Of a stretch of 64,000 nucleotides of DNA, positions 60,171 to 64,000 are shown piece by piece. Each line of letters starts with the position of its first letter. Positions within the stretch are counted from its first letter, which is position 1. The notes beneath the pieces are model-generated. The model was not told where the DNA came from and made no database searches. It saw only the letters and a program-made list of their open reading frames with translations. A program made the position numbers and the translations under genes. This DNA comes from Hemiscyllium ocellatum (taxonomy: Eukaryota), in assembly GCF_020745735.1 (NCBI RefSeq), contig NC_083402.1, positions 80,738,004-80,802,003 on the forward strand, read 5' to 3'.

Positions 60171-60204
60171 ATGTCGAAACCGCCGCCTAAACCGGCCAAG
60201 CCAG
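60171..60204 (+). CDS. OSTF1: Osteoclast-stimulating factor 1, first coding exon (MSKPPPKPAKP-G)
   Basis: ATG TCG AAA CCG CCG CCT AAA CCG GCC AAG CCA G|gtaagg; matches the human OSTF1 N-terminus MSKPPPKPVKPG as recalled; head-to-head with NMRK1 as in human. Exon 2 not found in the window. Confidence 0.93.
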
Positions 60205-61141
60205 GTAAGGCGTCGTTTTCCTACAGGTTTAAAGAACTTGAATGTCAAATTGATTGACTTGGGTCTTTTTTCCCTCCCATAGAGAAGTTGATGCCACATC
60301 TCCCCGGAGTACACTTCATTATAGCTGTCATTATTATATCTCTGACTCGAATTTTCAACGCAGGCCAATCCATTCTCCATCACTCGTGGTTTTTCAGTTA
60401 CAATTCTCCGTTGCTTGATTGATTCTTGCTTCGTTTAATCGTTCTCCAGTTAGACAATATTTTGGTACTTTGCTGCGCCATAAATGTCAAGGTTTTCGTT
60501 TGAGTGCGGGTAAGTTTCCTATCCTTGCTTCCCCACCTCTTGGTTTGAAAGCAGCTCCGCTCAATGGGTGGGGTGTAGGAGCAGCCGCCCTTGTGATTGA
60601 CAATTTCGCAGCTCCGCTCTGGCTAAAATGAATACTGTAAATATTTAATATCTTCCAGGTTGTGTTTATTTGTGGTGTCAAGTTGTGACCTCGTGTTAAT
60701 ATAAAACAGCCATCTTCCAAGCTCTGGTGGTTAAATGGTTCTGCAGCATATTTTTCCAAACGCCTGTTTGTCATTCTTTGTGCATGCACAACTCGCATTT
60801 GTGGGTTACCACTAACAATCATAATTGAGGTTTTTTTTCCAACTATGACTTAAAGCGTTAATTAAACTAAATTTTATGTTATTTAATCATGCTGTGAAGA
60901 AGCTTGTGCAACAACCAAAAGGGGTTTATTTACTTGGGAGATGCAATTGGTCTGATTGTTGACTAGTGCCAACAGGAAATTTAACAATTTGATAATAGCA
61001 GAATTTTACTACCCAAACCAATGCTTGAAATATAAACAGTTCAGTTGCTTTAGGCCTGTATTAGCTGTTCAATATACCTGGAGCCTCTCCATCAGGCTGA
61101 TCAAATGCATGCCTTTATTTAATATCCTGACAAACAAAACT

Positions 61142-61280
61142 GAGGAGAGAGTGCGGACTGCAGATGTTGGAGGTCAGAGTTGAAGAGTGTGGTACTGGAA
61201 AAGCACACCTGGTCAGGCAACATCTGAGGTGCAGGATGGTCAACATTTTGGGCATAGGCCTTTCATCAGGAGTGAGGCTT
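61142..61280 (-). mobile_element. Diverged solo PLE terminus with decayed hammerhead
   Basis: Minus strand cCTGATGAaaggcctatgcccAAAAtgttgacc...ccaacatctgcagtc. Confidence 0.7.
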
Positions 61281-63607
61281 GAGCAAAAGCGTGACCCTGA
61301 GATGTAGTAGTATGACCTCTATTCATTAGATACCTTGCATTTTATGTGAGCCCAAATTCAGTTCTTCTGATGGAGCATGCTGATAAGCTGTCCAATGAGT
61401 CATTGATGCCCTTTTAGTTGAATAAACAGGTTTATTGTATAAAATTAATGAACAGAATGCAATTTATGGTTTTCTATTGTAGTATCAAAACTAATAGATT
61501 CAGCATACTTTGCCCCTGAAATGGATTCTCCTCATTTTACTATACATGGCTTATATCATCATGTTTTTACTACCAGATAGAACTATTGTTTAATTATATC
61601 TCATCACTGTCCCTCCAACCGGCATAGCTTGAGAGTAATAGCATTTAACTTCTGTTGCCTGTTTTGTCTAAGATTCATTCTAACAATGAATGACATCATT
61701 CTAAAGTTACCTATGTGAATTTCTTCAAATATTCACTATTAAAACAAACATTTGTCTTGAAATATATTCTTTTAACCATTTTTGAAGGGATGAAGTCAGC
61801 GGCAATGGGCTCCTGCACTCTTTGACTATGCAATTAAGTGGCATCTGACAAGTTTAAAGATATTTGGAAGTGCAGTGTAAATTACCAGATTCACTCTGAA
61901 TAGTAATATACGCAGTTCATTAACTTTCTCATTAGCTTTACTTGAGAGAACTAAAAATAGAGTTGACCATCGATATTTCTTTTAAATCCACAATCTAGTG
62001 CCAGTCCCTCTGTTTGCTCATAGTAATGGCAATTCATTCCTAACATACAACCAAAGCCTGTATTTGGATATTGCCTTTACTTTAGTGAAACATCCTGAGA
62101 CACTTAATAGGATTGTTTATTGAACAGACTCTGAAACTGCGTCACAGAAGCTAATGCAAGGACAGTTGACCAACAGCTTGCCCAAAGAGTTTTGAAGCAG
62201 AAAGGAAAGGTGACAGATGGGAGGAAGAAATTCTAACACACGGGGCTGGATTAATTGAAGATATGGCCGCCAGTGATGGAACAATTTCAAACAAAAGTAC
62301 CAAACAGAATTGCATGAGTGCAGATAACTTGGAATCTTAGAATTGAAGGAAGCCAGAGAGAACATTTACCATCCATTTTTTTTAATGGACAATATCGATT
62401 GGATGGTAGTGGAATGGGAAGATAAGAAATGTTCTGTCTGAAATAAAGCATGTGGGAGAGTGTTTCGCTGTGGTGATCCTTGTGGAGAAGGTGATCTGCT
62501 TCGTAACTTAATTAGCAGCTGGCCACCTAGACAATATACACCTTCAATATTCATGTTTCAATAAGTTGATCTGTTCTGAGCGAGACATTATGGACTACAT
62601 CTAAGCTGTTATTCCTGCCAGGGAGAGTCAATGATGCAGAGCTTCAAGTTGATGTGTCTTTGGACAAAATATGAAAGCTCTGTTTTCGAGAAGAACACAT
62701 CCAAAGTGACTTTCCTCTTCTGAAAAGAAGGCTGTTTTCTTTGAGGACCAGGGATTTTCATTGTAACTATTAATTAAAAAGTCTTTTAGATACTGGAACT
62801 AAGGAAATGTCTGTTTTTCAATAGCTATGAATTCTTAAGTATTACTTGGGTGAAAGGCTAGTGGATGGTTGTCAAACTGTCAAAACAACCAAGTATTTGA
62901 CCTTGTGCTATTCATGTTACTTGTTAGATCAATGGCACAGAAACATGTACATCAGCAATGATCAGGGATGGAAATAATGCTTTTGATAACAGATGTGTGG
63001 CTTTTTAAACTTGCAAGTGTAAAATAATTAACTTTGCATACGATGAAGTATAGCTTTACATGAATAGAACTAATTTAATAAAATGTCTAAGGCGCATCAC
63101 AGGAGGGTTGTAAAATGTAATGTGCTGCAAGATTAGGTCAGATGACCAAAAGCTTGGTCAGCATGAGCTGAGCCAATTGGGGGGAATGTATTGGAATAAT
63201 CCTGTGTAGAAGTAACAACAAAGCTATGAATGAGAGTTTAGTACCAGATGAGCTGAGACATTGGGGTAAGTGGGTGATGTAGAGATGAATTAGTGGTCCT
63301 AGTGACTGTTTGTTTATATATGTTGGAAGCTCAACATTACAAACTGGACACAGAACTAAAGGGGACTAAGGGTTCAAGGAGCAAATTTGCGTTTGGAGTG
63401 ATGTGCAGCATTTGTCGCTAGTTTAAGAATGGCAAACTGCAAAACGGTACCAGTAAGTACATGAAGGTAATGAAAGTTGCCATTCAAGAGACCCAGGATA
63501 TTAATTCAATTGTTATACAACCTGCCTAAGCATTGTAAAGCTTAACTGATTGGATTTTTGAGAATAGGATCTTGGTATGGATGCTTAAGGATTTGCAATA
63601 CTTTACT

Positions 63608-64000
63608 AGTGTAAAAAGTGAGGTCTGCAGATGCTGGCGATCAGAGCTGAAAATGTGTTGTTGGTTAAAGCGCAGCAGGTCAGGCAGCATCCAAGGAACA
63701 GGAAACTCGACGTTTCGGGCATAAGCCCTTCATCAGGAATGAGGAAAGTGTGTCCAGCAAGCTAAGGGAGAAGGGACTTGGGGGAGGGGCGATGGAGATG
63801 TGATAGGTGGAAGGAGGTCAAGGTGAGGGTGATAGACCGGAGTGGGGTGGGGGCGGAGAGGTCAGGAAGAAGATTGCAGGTTAGGAGGGCGGTGCGGAGT
63901 TCGAGGGAATCGACTGAGACAAGGTGGGGGGAGAGGAAATGAGGAAACTGGAGAAATGAGTTCGTCCCTTGTGTTGGAGGGTTCCCAGACAGAAGATGAG
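63608..64000 (-). mobile_element. Family 1 PLE 3' end (runs off the window)
   Basis: Collinear with 27430-27805 plus tail. Confidence 0.9.
63705..63740 (-). ncRNA. Minimal type I hammerhead ribozyme motif, intact core
   Basis: AUUC-CUGAUGA-A-GGGC-UUAU-GCCC-GAAA-C-GUC-GAGU; perfect stem II, stem I with one G-U pair. Confidence 0.8.

Noticed and set aside
960-63740. Recurring palindromic repeats as a CRISPR array or prokaryotic system
   Set aside because: Copies are dispersed, not regularly spaced, and are PLE termini; spliceosomal genes show the DNA is eukaryotic.
60205-64000. OSTF1 exon 2 (expected GQVKVFRALY-like)
   Set aside because: No matching exon found; presumably beyond the window.

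Overview
Eukaryotic, repeat-dense vertebrate DNA, almost certainly from a cartilaginous fish (shark). This is inferred from V-SINE/HE1-type SINEs with (TAATC)n tails, many CR1/HER1-like LINEs and Penelope-like elements (PLEs). Three host genes can be read by hand, in the same order and orientation as human 9q21. CARNMT1 coding exon 1 is on the minus strand (3264-3370). NMRK1 (nicotinamide riboside kinase) is nearly complete on the minus strand, with seven confident coding exons from 43024 down to 16691 and a tentative last exon near 14.45 kb. OSTF1 coding exon 1 is on the plus strand (60171-60204), head-to-head with NMRK1 across a CpG-rich promoter built from degenerate ~40-bp CRE + GC-box units. 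Most ORFs in the supplied track are transposon fragments or noise. The most striking non-genic system is a set of PLE termini from at least three families. They carry minimal type I hammerhead ribozyme motifs (CUGAUGA...GAAA with a palindromic stem III) whose stems covary between families. They recur as five fold-back (inverted-repeat) insertions of 0.2-2.6 kb that share one architecture and 14-16 bp target-site duplications. A 9-kb L1/Tx1-type element with its own TSD holds four nested insertions inside an NMRK1 intron. All calls are by eye; no database search was run.
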